Shown: piece by piece, positions 1 through 24,431 of the stretch
Layout of the letters: every line of letters begins with the position of its first letter
How positions within the stretch are numbered: the first letter of the stretch is position 1
Source of the DNA: Saccostrea echinata
Taxonomy: Eukaryota
Direction: 5' to 3'
NCBI RefSeq assembly: GCF_033153115.1
Contig: NW_026889759.1
Location: 4,340,001 to 4,404,000, forward strand
Length of the DNA stretch: 64,000 bases
Translations under genes and position numbers: made by a program
The notes under the pieces: generated by a model
The model's database searches: none
What the model saw: the letters and a program-made list of their open reading frames with translations, nothing else
Told to the model about the DNA's origin: nothing

Positions 1-10001
<10,001 letters not shown>

Positions 10002-10525
10002 TAATTAGCTTGTGTCTGAATCTGTGTGCATAATACAGGTTGTACAAATTCCTGGAACACTGCATCATCCTCACACCTAACAAAAATGGGAAGAATGTGG
10101 CATTGCATCCCCAGGACTGAGTGAATCACGGACACAGACACCCTGTTCTTTCACTACAGTACAAGACCATTAGTCCAGAAGGCAGTGTGCCTCAGCATTT
10201 AGCCCAGAAGTGCTTTGTATACACAGACAACCACAAGTAAAAATTTCGTTATTTGGACCAAATTATGTACATTCAAACCTTAGCAGTCTCAGCTCACCAT
10301 AGTTACTTGCAATTGCACAAGTGAAAATTATTCAGACAGTATTTTGAAATATTAATTAAATGTGCACTTAATGAAGCTTTGAATTGTGAAAAATTAAGAG
10401 TGGATGTGTGAAAAATTGTGTCTGTGAGAAAAGTATGTCAGAAGTGTGTCATTATCAAGAGATTACATCCATTTCATGTTGTACAAAGGGAAAAATATTC
10501 TCTTGCCATTTATTTATTGCTGTAA

Positions 10526-10531
10526 AATAAA
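10526..10531 (+). terminator. Candidate polyadenylation signal of FAK
   Basis: AATAAA about 525 nt after the stop codon, in AU-rich sequence. Confidence 0.45.
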
Positions 10532-10656
10532 ATTCATGAATTCTATAAAAAAAAAAAAATTTTCTTCGAAGTTTTGCACCAGGAACGAAAAATTTGTACC
10601 AGTATATAAGAAAGAAGTTTGAATCATTGATCTTCAACCGAAGCCTTGGTTCCTAT

Positions 10657-11185
10657 TTCAGTTCACCTTGACAAAGTCGAGATGAGCTTATGCTTTACTC
10701 ACCAGCAGTGGCATCCTGATTAAAGTTTTAGGGGCCAGTCCATTTCCACACATATATAAACTTGCATGGATGATGCATCTAGAGGTAGATACTACCAGAG
10801 TTGCTTCAGATGCTGGATCTGACCTACATTTTCCAGATGAGTGATGAAGTTAAAGTTTTTGGAGTATGTTAATTTCTAAGTAACTATAAGCCCTACCCGG
10901 ACTGAACTTGCAAGAATGATGCATCTAGGGATAGACACTACCAGACTTGCTTCATATGCGGGATCTGTCCTAATTTTTGAGTGACTTTAATATTTGACAT
11001 GAGTGTTCATTATGACAAGACCTTTCCATTGGTACAGAAATTTTTGATCATGTGACCTCAACTTTAACCTTTGACCTACATTTGAAAAACTTTAACATTG
11101 GCCATAACTATTACACTGTAGTCTATGTCCCACTCCAGAATTGTGTTACCATCGAGGGCATAGTGTTTCACAAACGCATCTTGTT
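10657..11185 (+). mobile_element. Short or chimeric HINE (Helentron-associated non-autonomous element), 146-bp-unit family
   Basis: The 5' box (AGTTCACCTTGACAAAGTCGAGATGAGCTTATGC) and about 2 repeat units are shared with 16352-17858 and 62031-63355. The 3' end (...GTGTTTCACAAACGCATCTTGTT) differs from those copies. Confidence 0.6.
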
Positions 11186-11505
11186 TTCTCTCTATCCATC
11201 TGAGTTATTTTTCTTTTTTTATCAATTTTCTTGCAATATCTACTGCGTGCATTCATGTAACATCAAGATTTTGACAATATCAATTCTTTGACGTTAGTAT
11301 ATTTAGGACACGCAAAAAAAAAACCGACATAATATTCTTTAAGAAGAAAAAAATACATGCAAAATAATAGTAATGCCGCCTGTTTTAATCACGAAACAGT
11401 ACAGGAACGAAATAATAATTTGTCTCTTTCGGAAAGTATTTGACTTTTTCATTTCTCACATGCACTCTCGGGATTTTTCATTATGATTGATTGTTAAGTA
11501 ACAAC

Positions 11506-14500
11506 ATGGCTACAACCTTGTGTCGTTTTCTGAGAAAGACGATTGTAAACGCATCTAGAGTTCCCACAGTATACGCTCATACACTGTCACAGACAACAGA
11601 AACGAAGCCAGTGGATAAGTCAGAAAATCAGAAAGATACGCCCATTTCTACATCTCAAGGAGACCAAGCACCTGCTGAAATCGACAGCGTTTACCGTGCA
11701 AATGCAGGTACATGTACTCACAATATCAAGTAACACAAATATGACTGATTAATTTTGTTATTTCTTGCACTTGATGTTTTTCGAACTAAAGTAATTCGGA
11801 CGATAGGAAAACGAGATATGTATCATACATTGTAGAACAATTTTAAAACAATGTCATATCACAGATAGGCTTATTTTACCATCAATGTGAACTTGTGATC
11901 TAAGATTAAAAGACAATGTTCTTGCAGATGTTCATGGCCCCATTCCAGAGTTTACTGGGTTTGCCTTAGGTTTAGAGCAGTACGAAATGCTAACAGCTGA
12001 AGAAACAAAGGTAAATGTTATGATTATAGGGGTAGACACTCCATATTCCTGACAGCAATCTACACTCCATATTTATTCCTGACAGCAATCTACAACTAAG
12101 AACAGGCAGGCTGTAAATCCCTTACTCTGGATTCTTGACTCCCAGCATATTTGGATTGCATTTTTTATTTTCTTCATATACTTTTTTAGCCAGTGGTAGA
12201 AAACATCAAAGACTGGTTCAGGTTTCAGATAAGTTTAATGAAGATGTTGAATAAAGAAAAACCTGAAATATTATAATGACACACAACATATAAATGACAC
12301 AAAACACAGACAATATAGATGAACATACAGACAGTTATAACAGACTAGACTTTATAGTTCCATGAATGTATTGTCTTAAATTCTTACTGGGACATGCACA
12401 AGCACATTAACAAATATTGCTCTCTGTTTTTAGTGACATCTATCCAGTTGAATGGCTAGGCTAGGAGTGTGGGTTGTAAGTAAAAGAAAGCGGGAATTTA
12501 GTGAATAGTATGTAAAGTCATGTGACTGTCTGTTCAGTGTCTATAAATAACATACCACAATGACATTCACACAAACTCTTTCATACCCCATACTCGCATA
12601 TACTAAAGTAGACAAGTTGCATTTGTACATAACTCTGGTTACATTTCATAGTCACATTTTAAAGTTATGTTGAACAAAATTCTCACATACATAAATACAT
12701 CAGAAATGTAAGAAGAAAGAATGTGTCTAAGAACATACTTCAGGGCCTGAAGACATTTTAAGACGATCACACCTGTACAGATTACTCGCACCTATACCTT
12801 AGATCTATCATTTGGTAAAAAAAAAAAATCTTGGCCTTTAACAAAAGGAAAATTCTACTTGCTATAGTTATTTGGGCAACTAGATTTAAACTTGGATAGT
12901 TCAGATGAAAGTCAAGAGTAATTTGGTCTGTATCACTATGTTAACATTTTCATGCTTGTTTTCTTGTAGGATGTATTTTCAACAGGAGTGATACACATGA
13001 CGCCTCAATATGGGCAGCATGAAAACCCTTATGTGATACCATCAACCAAGGAAAAAAGGCTTATTGCTTGTCTTTGTAAGTTATTATGGTATATCATTCA
13101 AAGTTGTAAACAAAAATAATTATTGAAGACAAGGTCTATTTAAAAGCATAGGAGTCAGTGAACCTATCAATTTTATCAATATTTTCAGTATTAAAAAAAA
13201 GAAATATATGTAATACCTACCATAAAATAATATATTGTGTATATTTTTATTAACTGAATATGTGGAGAAAATTGATAGGTACACAAATTGCCATTGTTAC
13301 AGATTTGGTTGTCTATCTATCATGTATTTGAAATTGTCCATATCCAACACAAAGAAAGCAAAGGATGTAGAGAAGATAATTTACCCCAGGTCATCATTTG
13401 AAAAAATTAAATCTACACTTTCTCAGGATGTTTCCACATAAATATGACTAATCATGGCTTTGCAGTTCTTGAGAAGAAGATTTTTAAAGATCTCTTCTCA
13501 TATATGGTATTCCCATGTAAAACTTTGATTGCCTATTGTGGCCCCACCCTACCCCTGGGGCAATGATTTTAAGAAAATTTGAATCTACACTGCCTGAGGA
13601 TGCTTCCTGCAAAAATTGTTGTTCTTAGGTTTTGTATCTTGGTTCTAAAATATGTCCTGCTCTCTCTTTAAATATCACAAAGCTGTCAATGGTGGTGGGC
13701 TGGTGGCCAGTATTTTGTTGAATGAAGTGCAAAGCTTTATAAATAAAGAACAATACCCAGTAGGAAATTAATTGTTGGTTTAGGATGAAAAAAAGGTAGA
13801 ATTTGTAATATATGGGGGAACTTAACCTTTGAATATTATTCAGGGTTATAATGACTAAATTACTGGAACATGTCATTCACTTGACCTATTGCTCCCTTGT
13901 CCTTCCTGTAGAGTTCATTGATTGTAAATTTTTGAACTTTAAAAGACCCTTCTTTAAACATATGTGTGTTTATTTCAATATTTAGTTCACCTTGATGAAG
14001 TGGAAATGAACTTATGCTATATCCCCAGGTTAAAGTTTAAGGAAATGGGGCCTGAGAGATGTGACCAAAATCATCTGAATTAATTTAGTCTTCAAAAATC
14101 TTATTCAGATGAACATCAAGCATGAAAACTTTTTGTGAGATTATAATGAGAAATAGCCTTCAAAAAACTGTGAAATTTATGCTGCATGCATTCTGGATAC
14201 AAACTCCAGGGTGGGCATAAGTTAGTCCTATACATGTTTAAATCTGTATTACTTCATAGAAATTCTTCCTGACATCCAACAAGCAACCTATGCAAGAAGG
14301 GATAATAGCCCTTCACCAAAAATTTGAAATTTATGACTTATGGGGTCTGAATTTGACATCCAGAGAAAGGCTAGGTTGGTCATGAAAGGGAAATGCATTA
14401 TTGAAAATTTTCAAAAGGCATAAGTTTCATGGAAATTTTTCCTGACATCAAACAACTGGTTTTTATGTAAAATAATAAAAATGAATCAGTGTCCACCTAC

Positions 14501-15210
14501 AAGAATCGTTACATATATGATTTCCTATAATAGGGTTCAGGCACCAAGATGGGGGGGGGGGGGTTAAGTTGGTCATTGTACATATATGTAATATGTGTGC
14601 AATATATAGAAAAATGCTCCCTCCCTGGACATCAAGCAAGCAAACTCTTGCATAATTTAAAAAAAAATACATGTACTTATAATAACAATTTTGGTAAAAA
14701 TTTACACATAGTTTTAATTATATGCCCCCTCCCCTTTACCCTGCATTCAACTCTAATACATGGAAAAATGAATGATAAAATACCATTATCTCAAAGTATT
14801 TTCTCAGTCCCTTAGAGTTTGAGATAACAAGGTTTGACTGTATATTGTTTTTTTAAGTTTAAAGGTTTCTCCTAACAATAAGAGCTTGAACAGATGCTTC
14901 ATGTTGTTTTCTAAAGTTTAACATTGTTACAATACTTAAGTCAATGATATAATCATGATTATATTGTTTTTAATTGTACATGCCCCTTGAGGGCCCTTGA
15001 TTGGTGAATAAACATATTCAAATTCGATACCTGCAGGTTGCAGGAGCATGGTCAAAGAATTCATTGTAATTGATGTGAACTTTTATTTTAGGTGATGAAG
15101 ACTCGAACACTTTAGAATATATGTGGCTACATAAAGGGGAACCACAAAGATGTTTATGTGGAATATTCTTCAGGTTGGAAGAAGTTGATGCATTTGGAGA
15201 TCCCAAATGA
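11506..15210 (+). CDS. COX5B: Cytochrome c oxidase subunit 5B-like paralog 1 (divergent). Exons 11506-11707, 11928-12010, 12970-13075, 15092-15210
   Basis: Arg-rich mitochondrial presequence (MATTLCRFLRK), GLEQYE, NPYVIPS..KRLIACLCDED..YMWLHKGEPQRCLCG with four Zn-ligand cysteines. The frame is intact across GT-AG introns. Confidence 0.88.
13280..14700. repeat. Degenerate HINE/satellite fragments in COX5B-1 intron 3
   Basis: 13280-13610 resembles the reverse complement of the ~167-bp unit (GGTTCTTGAGAAGAAGATTTTTAAAGA-like, GTGGCCCCACCCTACCCC). 13983 begins with the 5' box of the 146-bp family. Confidence 0.5.
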
Positions 15211-16351
15211 CCTTAGAATTGTTTTCAACTGTAAATATAAATGTGCAAAATTACACAATTTATTTATCATTGTTTATGTTCAAACTTGTACCTGTTTTTT
15301 AAAAAGAATAAAAACTTAAAAATTCTCTGCTCCTTTTTAGATGTGTGTAAAGTTCCAGATTTTAATGAGTTTCTGGGTGCATAACTTAACAGGTGGTGTG
15401 AAATATTATCTTGATTTACTTGTATTTCTGCAAACAATGCAAATGCAAGAGTGATCAAAATATTTTTCCAGTGTTTAAAGGATAATACATGTACATTGTG
15501 CTATGAAATAAAAACTAGAAATCTCAATGGAAGGATCAGGAAATTGTGATTTAAATACAAAATAGCTTTAAATTCAAAACTGATGTTAAATGAATGTTTT
15601 CTTGACAACTTGTTACCAAAATAAGCAAATTAAGCTGTATACAGTGTAAAACCTGAGAAACAACATTTTTGTCTGTTTTGATTGGTATACAAGGTGATAA
15701 GATTTTTGGAATTCAAAAATAAACATATCACCTACAACCTGCTTTAGAATATTTATCACTTTTTTTTCCTATTCCATTGCAAATCTCTCTCCCTCTTTCT
15801 CTCTCTCTCTCTCTCTCTCAAGACATGGATTTTGTCTTCTTTGAAAATCATAAAAGACTAAACATAGTGTGATTTGATAAATGATAACATCAAACAATAT
15901 TATATACCATGAAATTATCCATTTCTCTCTATTCTTTAAAGATGTAGGGAAATCATGGGAGATTATCAATGTGATGATTTCATTTTATTCCAAGCCAAGA
16001 ATTTTGTTTTAAAGTCCTATGAAGAATGCTCTTTTGGTAGTTGTACATGATGTTGCCTATTAAAAAAAAACAGTAAAAGGAAGTTATTATCTTGTTCTAG
16101 TCTTTTATTTTAAAATACCAGTTGTAATATATTATTAAAATTACTATTGTTATTTTAGATATACACATTGAGAATTCATTCAAAGAGTTGGGAGCATTTC
16201 AGGTGTTTCTTTGTAGGTGTTTATCTGAGTTGGTTCCTCATTCAAGGACAAAAGAAAAAATGGATCAATTTGGAAACCAAGAATGAACTCACTTCAATAT
16301 AATGCAGATGTTTTCCATTAAAAAACAGAAGGTGTTTGATCTATCATTTTT

Positions 16352-17858
16352 ATTAGTCCACCTTGATGAAGTCAAGATGAGCTTATGCTATACCCCCGGT
16401 GTCGGCGTCCCGGTTAAAGTTTTAGGAACAAGTCCCATTCCCAAGTAACTATAAGCCCTACCTGGACCAAACTTGCATGTATGATGCATCTAGGGATGGA
16501 AACTACCAGACTTGCTTCGGATGCTGGATCTGTCCTAGACTTTCCAGATGAGTGAACAGGTTAAAGTTTTTGGAGCAGGTCCATTCCCAAGTAACTATAA
16601 GCCCTACCTGGACTAAACTTGCATGGGTAATGCATCTAGGGATGGAGACTACCACACTTGCTTCGATGCTGGATCTGACCTAGATTTTCCAGGTGTGTGA
16701 CCAGGTTTAAGGTTTTTGGAGCAGGTCCATTCCCAAGTAACTATAAGCCCTACCTGGACCAAACTTGCATGTATGATGCATCTAGGGATGGAAACTACCA
16801 GACTTGCTTCGGATGCTGGATCTGTCCTAGATTTTCCAGATGAGTGACCAGGTTAAAGTTTTTGGAGCAGGTCCATTCCCAAGTAACTATAAGCCCTACC
16901 TGGACTAAACTTGCATGGGTAATGCATCTAGGGATGGAGACTACCACACTTGCTTCGGATGCTGGATCTGACCTAGATTTTCCAGGTGTGTGACCAGGTT
17001 TAAGGTTTTTGGAGCAGGTCCATTCCCAAGTAACTATAAGCCCTACCTGGACCAAACTTGCATGTATGATGCATCTAGGGATGGACACTACTACACTTGC
17101 TTTGGATGCTGGATCTGACCTAGATTTTCCAGATGAGTGACCAGGTTAAAGTTTTTGGAGCAGGTCGGTTCCCAGGTAACTATAAGCCTTACCTTGATCA
17201 AACTTGCATGGGTAATGCATCCAGGGGTGGACACTACCACACTTGCTTCATATGCTGGATCTGAGCTAGATTTTCCACATGTGGGAACAGGTTTAGATTT
17301 TGGAGCAGTCCCATTCCCAAGTAACTATAAGCCCTACCTGGACCAAACTTTCATGGATGATGCATCTAGGGATGTACACTAACCAACCTGCATCGGGTGC
17401 TGGATCTGACCTAGATTTTCCACATCAGTGAATTTTAGCCATATTTTAACCAAATTAGCATGGATGATGTATATAGGAATGGACACTTCCAGACTTGCTT
17501 TGGATTCTGAATCTGACTTACATTTTACAGATGAGTGACCAGGGTAATTTTTTTTTAGAGAAGCCATATAATATTATGGCCTGTTATGATTAAACTTGCA
17601 TAGATGGTGCATCTAAGGATGAAAATGTCCAGACTTGTTTTGGATGTTGGAACTGACCACAATTTTTTGATTACTAAACAGGTTAAAAAGTTTTTTGAGC
17701 AGGTCTATTTCCAAGTAACTACAAGTCCTACTTAAACCAAACTTGCATGGATATTGATCTTGGGATGTACCCTAACTAGAAAAAAAAATATCTGAAATTT
17801 GCCTTACTTATAGATAACATTCGTCGAGGTGAGCTTCGTAATCTCGATTACCTATGTT
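16352..17858 (+). mobile_element. HINE-type element with an internal array of about nine 146-bp tandem units
   Basis: TT-flanked 5' box with subterminal IR. Unit starts at 16436, 16582, 16728, 16874 and 17021. The 3' end has subterminal IR CGAGGTGAGCT plus hairpin GTAATC-TC-GATTAC. Confidence 0.82.
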
Positions 17859-17997
17859 TTTTTTTATCAAAAAAGAATAATTTTGTGAGCTCATTGATCA
17901 AAGTACCCCTAGTTTACCCAAGTTTTGTTGCAGTGACAATTGTTTCCTTCCATTCACTGTTATGTTTACTTTTGTTGTTAATGTATCATACAGGTCA

Positions 17998-19068
17998 TTA
18001 TACTCCCTGCTTGAAAAACGGGGTATTTAGTGATGGTGTTGTCCGTACGTCCCTTACACTTGGAGGTACCTATCTCTTATCTGCAACTCCTCCTAATTAT
18101 CACTGAATAAAATTTTCTGAGACTTTCACAGAATATTTTTTACATAATGCCACTAAGTCACCCCTATTTTACATTTTGATGAGACACATATTTGGGGTTT
18201 CCCTTAGCAAATATGGACAGTGGCATTCTTTCTATAATACTGGGGGTAGCTGGTCTCTTGGCTGCAATTCCTCCTAATTATTATCACTGAATAAAATTTT
18301 ATATGTTCCTATCGAGGGGGACAATAAACTTGCTATTGTTCGAATATTCAGTAAATAGGTGATTTATTATATCGAAGAAGACTTTACTTGTGTAACGTCA
18401 CGATCTAATAAACTTTGAATTAAAAAAGAAGAAGTGTGTTTCTCTTCAAATAATCGATTATGAGAATTTCACAGAATCTTTATTACATTGTGCACCTCTT
18501 ATTTTATGGATTGATCAGACAGAGTCATTTCAGGTTTCTCATAGCAAAACAATGTATACATGTACTGCCATTCTTTCTATAATATATACTGGGGATACCC
18601 ATCTCTTATCCACAACTTCTCCTATATCACTGAATAAAGCTGAATGAGACTTTCACCGAATCTTTATTACACAGTCCTATTGTGCCTTGTACATTTTGAT
18701 CAGATACATAATTGGAGATTTCCCACAGCAAAACAGAGAAACTACCATTAATTCTTTCCATAGTGTGACCATCTTAAGCTCTTATAATTATCCGCAACTC
18801 CTCCTATACCACTGAATAAAATCCGCAACTCCTCCTATACCACTGAATAAAATCCGCAACTCCTCCTATACCACTGAATAAAATTTATTGGGGAGACTTT
18901 CCCAGAATCTTCACTACTTATATAATTCCATTGTGCATCTCCTATTTAATGTACGTTTGATATCAGTCACATTATTGGGCCTTCTGATAACAAAACATGG
19001 ACTTTGCCATTATACTCATAATGGAGCAGGGTTATCATTTTGTGAGCTCATTGCTCAGGGTACAAAAC
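17998..19068 (+). mobile_element. Degenerate HINE-type element with internal repeats, including a 31-bp unit x3 at ~18790-18882
   Basis: 5' TTATACTCCCTGCT / 3' GGAGCAGGGTTAT inverted boxes, hairpin TGAGC-TCATT-GCTCA, and repeated GCAACTCCTCCTA..CACTGAATAAA units. Confidence 0.6.
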
Positions 19069-19229
19069 AGTTGCATCTTCATCAGCAGATCAGGATAAGA
19101 CCAAAAAAAAAACACATTTAATGTAATACATGCATGTATATGATAATATTATATATGTGTGTGTGAATTAATGGAGAAATATATGGCATCAAGAGCCTGT
19201 ACCTTTTTGAAAAGTTTCTGCATGCTTCA

Positions 19230-19260
<31 letters not shown>

Positions 19261-19772
19261 AAACTTAAAAAAAAATGAAAAAAGTTATAATTTTATGATC
19301 AGACATGTTTAACATTTTTGATCAACCTTAATTAAATCAGGCTAATAAGAAAAACTTTTTACATTGACAATTTTGTTTCAGTTGGTGGAATTCTATATAT
19401 GTATACATGTAAATGATGACTTTCTGTTCATTATTTCACATTGCAATTATGAAGCATCATTTAATATTTTTGAGTTATTAACTGACATAAAAATGTACAT
19501 TTTGATCTCAAGAATTATAATTAAGTTATTTTCCAGTATCAAAAGGTTGATTAGTTGATTATATGATACCATTAAATGATTTTTTTCTTCTTTACATCTT
19601 ATATCATGCATTTCATGTATATAAATCATTAAATTTTAGTAATTTTTGGTTTTTGAGGATGGGAATCAAATCCGAATAATTTAAAGAACCGGTTACTCAG
19701 TTCATTTGACCTCTCCCGAGAGCGAGACTTCGGCGCGAAGTTCTTGACCTTGATCGCACTCTCTTTGCAAAA

Positions 19773-22700
19773 ATGGCCTCGTCCTTGTGTAGGACTCTTC
19801 TGAGGAGTGTGAGGGACTCAAAGCGACTGCTACATACGAGTGCGCCGGTTACGGCGAAAGCCATTAATCTTGGAGGCTCTCTCACGGACCATTTTAAAGG
19901 AAATAGAGGTGACATAGAGTTGGGATAAGAAAATTTATATTTAATCCTTGTCACGTATTCCATAACAATTATGAAAAATAATTATTTTATTATCATTTAT
20001 AATAATAAGATGTATGTTATCTCAATAACAGCTCAAAATCTTGACAATAATTATACTCTGAAGGTAATCGGCGAGGTTGCTAGTGCATATTCTCGAAGAT
20101 TACTATTTTTCGAATTTCCTCTGACTTTTAAAGAATTATCGAAATATGCCGGAAAACGACGAAGTTTTATATTTATTGTCATGAATTAAACATGCTCATT
20201 TGTAATACCCATATTGTTAATATTTAAACACTGTGATCAGAAGAAAACGCGCTTAGAACAGAAGTTGTTGTTGTGTTGCTTAAATGTCCTTCAAAACTAA
20301 ACATTAAAGGAGACAAATGTCGAAGTGTATAAGAATTAAAATTTCTGATTTGTTTCTATTTATTTATTCATTTTTTTTATATTAATATTTGTAATATTTA
20401 TTATTAAAAATGTTTTAGTATATTCCAGATTTTCCCCTGATTTTCTTTCAATTAATATTACATCTTTTAATGGAAATATTAAAGATAAACAAAATGTCAA
20501 ATGGTTTTTAGATCAAATGCACAGACTTTTTATTGATAATGTTGACAATTCCTTTTTGTTTGTATCTTAGAATTAAATAAACTATGGCATAATCTTGTTT
20601 TTTTTTCTTTAATAACTTTTAAATGAAAATGGTAATTAAATGGATCAGCTAGTAGTCCAATCCACAGTCCACACTTTGCAAATTTTGCTAATTTCATTTG
20701 TCAATCCATCATGTTAATAACTATTTAAAATTCCCTTCTGTCAATAATGTGTTTTTACAAAGATGCATGTATTCATGCTGGTCAAATTTAGAAATTAATA
20801 TTCAAACATGTCATCTATCATTGAAAAAAGTGATAGGGGAATTATTAAACAAGGATGCATGTATTATGATGATAATAATTGCAATCTTGAATCATATTTT
20901 TAGAAATTGAGGGTCAGGTTCCAGACTGGGGAGGACATGCTGTTGGACTAGAACGATTTGAAATTTTGTGTGAGATGGAAGGAAAGGTAGGAAGAAATTT
21001 TTATTGGAGGTATTGTTGTAAGTGTGTGTTTGACGGCAATTATTTTTTCAAGAAAAAAATAATTAGACTCAGAATAAGAAAAATTGTGTTGTTAAGAAGG
21101 GGGATTTTTATTAATATGGGCTTGTATAGATTAGCATGATAATGATAAAGTATTTGCAACTATATAATTAAATACTTCTAACTGGATGAGAAAATTGTGG
21201 AATGATTAACACAAACATAATCATTTCCTGGAGGTTTTTAAAAAGTTTTCAGTCGGGCCATTTTTAGTCAGTCAGTGGGGAAAGGGCAAAGGCAAACAGA
21301 CAATTTGTTAAAGATGGTCTTACTTAATGTTAGAACCAAAGTAAAGTTACATTTTCCTGTTTTGTGACAAGGACATTGTGTACATTGATAAGAGTAGTGA
21401 ACGTTTCCTCTACTGCTAGTGCAATTAATGATCCAAGAGCTTTATGTTAATCAAAAGCTATTTGGTTTATTGGTTTAGTGGAACCCTGATTTAGATAAAA
21501 TTACCAGTACTTACCGGTATGTAATACCATGCATTAAAGCTTTGTCTATAGATGGCAATCAAATGCTGGTCTGAACCAAGTACCAATCAGAAAAAAAAAA
21601 AACCATTAAAAACTATTCTTTTCAATGTTCTTTTCGGCACTACATGTACAAGACTGTGAAGACAACAAATTGTCAATATACTGGTATATAAAATGCAAAC
21701 ATGCACATGTATGCAAAGATTCAAGATTGTTCAGGCTATGTATTGTAGAACACAGCCTGAACAATCTTCTGTTGTAGAACATGTATGAAAAATTTAATAA
21801 AAAAAAAATTATCAAGTGTTAAGGATATGCATTGTCAGATTAATATAAAAATGTTATCAAATAGCTTGAATTCATATTTGATTACTTCATTGCTCATACA
21901 ACAAGAAGAAATATAGTTCAATATACTAGTATTTGATCTCTTAAGTTTGGTAAGAAAAAACATGCACACATAACATGGCTGAGGAAAAGAAATATTTTTG
22001 ATTTTTATACTTTTGTTTGATTTCCTTAGTCAATTGAACATTTCTTTTATGATTTTCATCTTTGGAAACTGGTTTTCTCATTAGGCATTTGAATCTGATT
22101 CAACCCCTCTGCCTCTCAGTGTAACACTATGCTAGTATCAAATTCAAAAATTTAAAAAAAAAAAATCAGGTTTACTGGGTAATGCTTAGAGGTCAAAAGT
22201 TCTATAATCACCAATATCATTAAAACTTGATTGAATTCTTAAATGTTTATCTAAAAGTATAGCTAATGTAGTCTGTGGAATTAAGAAGTTTTACAGAGAC
22301 ATTTATTTGGTTTATTTCTTCATCTGTTTTATTCAAGAAGCAATTAATTAATTAATTAATATAACATGCAAGCTCTGTCTTCTTCTGACGTTCTACTATA
22401 CTGAACAAAATAAATACTTGCTGTGTTTTAGAAGATTTTATTGAGTTTTTTCTTTTTTTTTTTACAGGACCCATTTGAAAATAAAACATACATTAAACAG
22501 CCAGGATTTGGAACAAAAGCAAACCCACATATTGTACCATCAGTGTTTGACAGACGTCTTGTAGGGTGTATATGTAAGTACATGTTTCAGTGTATGGTTC
22601 TATCACTCTAGCTTAATATCAAACTGTACAGACTTATAGGTGAATGCAATACTGAAAATACTCACTGTACACTTGAGAGATACACACTACAGACATACTA

Positions 22701-24431
22701 GTACAGAAAGTATAGACTGTACACACATATAGATACACTGTACAGACCTACATATATGTACATGTACTGTACAGACTTGTAAGGTATGTCACTCATGACA
22801 TAATACATATCAAAGAATTTTTGAGAAGTATATTTTAGATAACTATTCATATAGCATGAATTGTGAAGAAAATTGGGAGTCAGTGAGCATATTGCTGAGC
22901 AACGGTACAATACAATTAAGTTGACCTTCTTGCACTTTAATTATAACTTAAGTAATTTAGTTTAATCACTTTAACCTTTATCATATTTTACCAAATGCAA
23001 TCATGGCAATAAATATAATCTTATTTTGTGTAAAATAGTTTGAATAATATTTATTATTGAAATTAATGCACATAAATTATTTTGTGAAATTTTTACACTA
23101 ATAAATATCATATTTGGGGGATATTAAAAATCTAAATAGACAATAAAATATTTAGATATATGTATAAGGCTTTTTATGATTTTAGTGCTTATCAGTTGAA
23201 AGTATCATGTATTTTAAAATAATGAAAGAAAAAGTAGGGACCAGTGATGTAAATTTTGAGATATTGGTCAAAATATGTGATTTTCAGGCCAAAATAAATG
23301 TGAATTTTATCTTATACATGTATCTTTCTTTTTTACCCCCGCAAAGTCTGTCACAGTGATATTAAATAAAAAAAATGTGTAGATTTGAAGAATTTTCTTC
23401 TTAATATCCTTCCACCACAAGAAACAGTCCCCCATAAATCTTGTTTCTTATGAATTTGTGAGCAGTTTTTTTAAATTGAATATTGCATGATTTGCATTTA
23501 ATTCAAATATGTCATAAAAATTAAGTTGTAATCAATTATTTTGAAGTTGGAGGTTCTGACCAAACTTTTCTCAAAAGCTGAGGAGTGACATACATGTACC
23601 TCAAGATTCAAACTACAAACCGTATATAAACAAAATACCTGATTATATAGAAACTTTTATACTTAAATAGAGAAACAAACTGTGGTGATGTACAGATATA
23701 CAGGGAATAAGCTTGTAGGTACAAAATGTTCAGCATATTCTATAATTTAAAGTTGCCTTTATGTACACTGTGCAGACTTGCGTATAATCAATGCACATAC
23801 TGACGGATAATTCCTAAGACTTCAAGTATTCACTGAACAGAAAGACACAAACTGTCCAAACTGAGTTTACAGTTAAGTTTTTAAATATGAAAACCTTTGT
23901 AATTATGGGTTTTGATACATGAGAATAGGTTCTTAGAACAATGTGAACCACAGGCACCTGACATATGGATGCATTTATACATCAGGTGCACATGTTCTGA
24001 ACTGTCCAAATTTAATCTGTAGGTTAATTAGCTGATATTTTGGTAACTTTTTACTATAAATTAGACATTTCATCATTAATGAAATAAAATATTTAAACAT
24101 TTCATAACAATGATGCATAATCAGACCAAATTATAATATTATTTTAATTGTAATTTATGCAGTATTGCATTGATTTGGAAAATTTTTACTCAGTAATGTT
24201 GATATGTGTAGGAATTTGAACAATATTCAACCTTTTTTGTATGATTTTGAAAATAACAAATGATTCTGTTCTACAGGTGATGAAGACACTGCCCAAATGC
24301 AGTACTTCTGGTTATACAAGGGTGAGCCCAAAAGGTGCTGGTGTGGCCATTTCTTTCAAATTAAGGAAATTGATCCTAACGATTTCCCAGAATATCCCAG
24401 GGAAGAACTAATTTCCATGGAGCAGGATTAA
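19773..24431 (+). CDS. COX5B: Cytochrome c oxidase subunit 5B paralog 2 (more canonical). Exons 19773-19908, 20904-20986, 22468-22573, 24277-24431
   Basis: Presequence MASSLCRTLLRSVR, then [61 protein letters not shown] follows at ~24480 and ~24571. Confidence 0.93.

Noticed and set aside
12030-12095. Short direct duplication in COX5B-1 intron 2, and similar ones near 33545 and 50000
   Set aside because: Ordinary slippage-type duplications with no further structure.
19697-19963. Minus-strand Arg/Ser-rich ORF as a divergent gene
   Set aside because: It overlaps COX5B-2 exon 1 in antisense, and no further exons or homology are recognisable.
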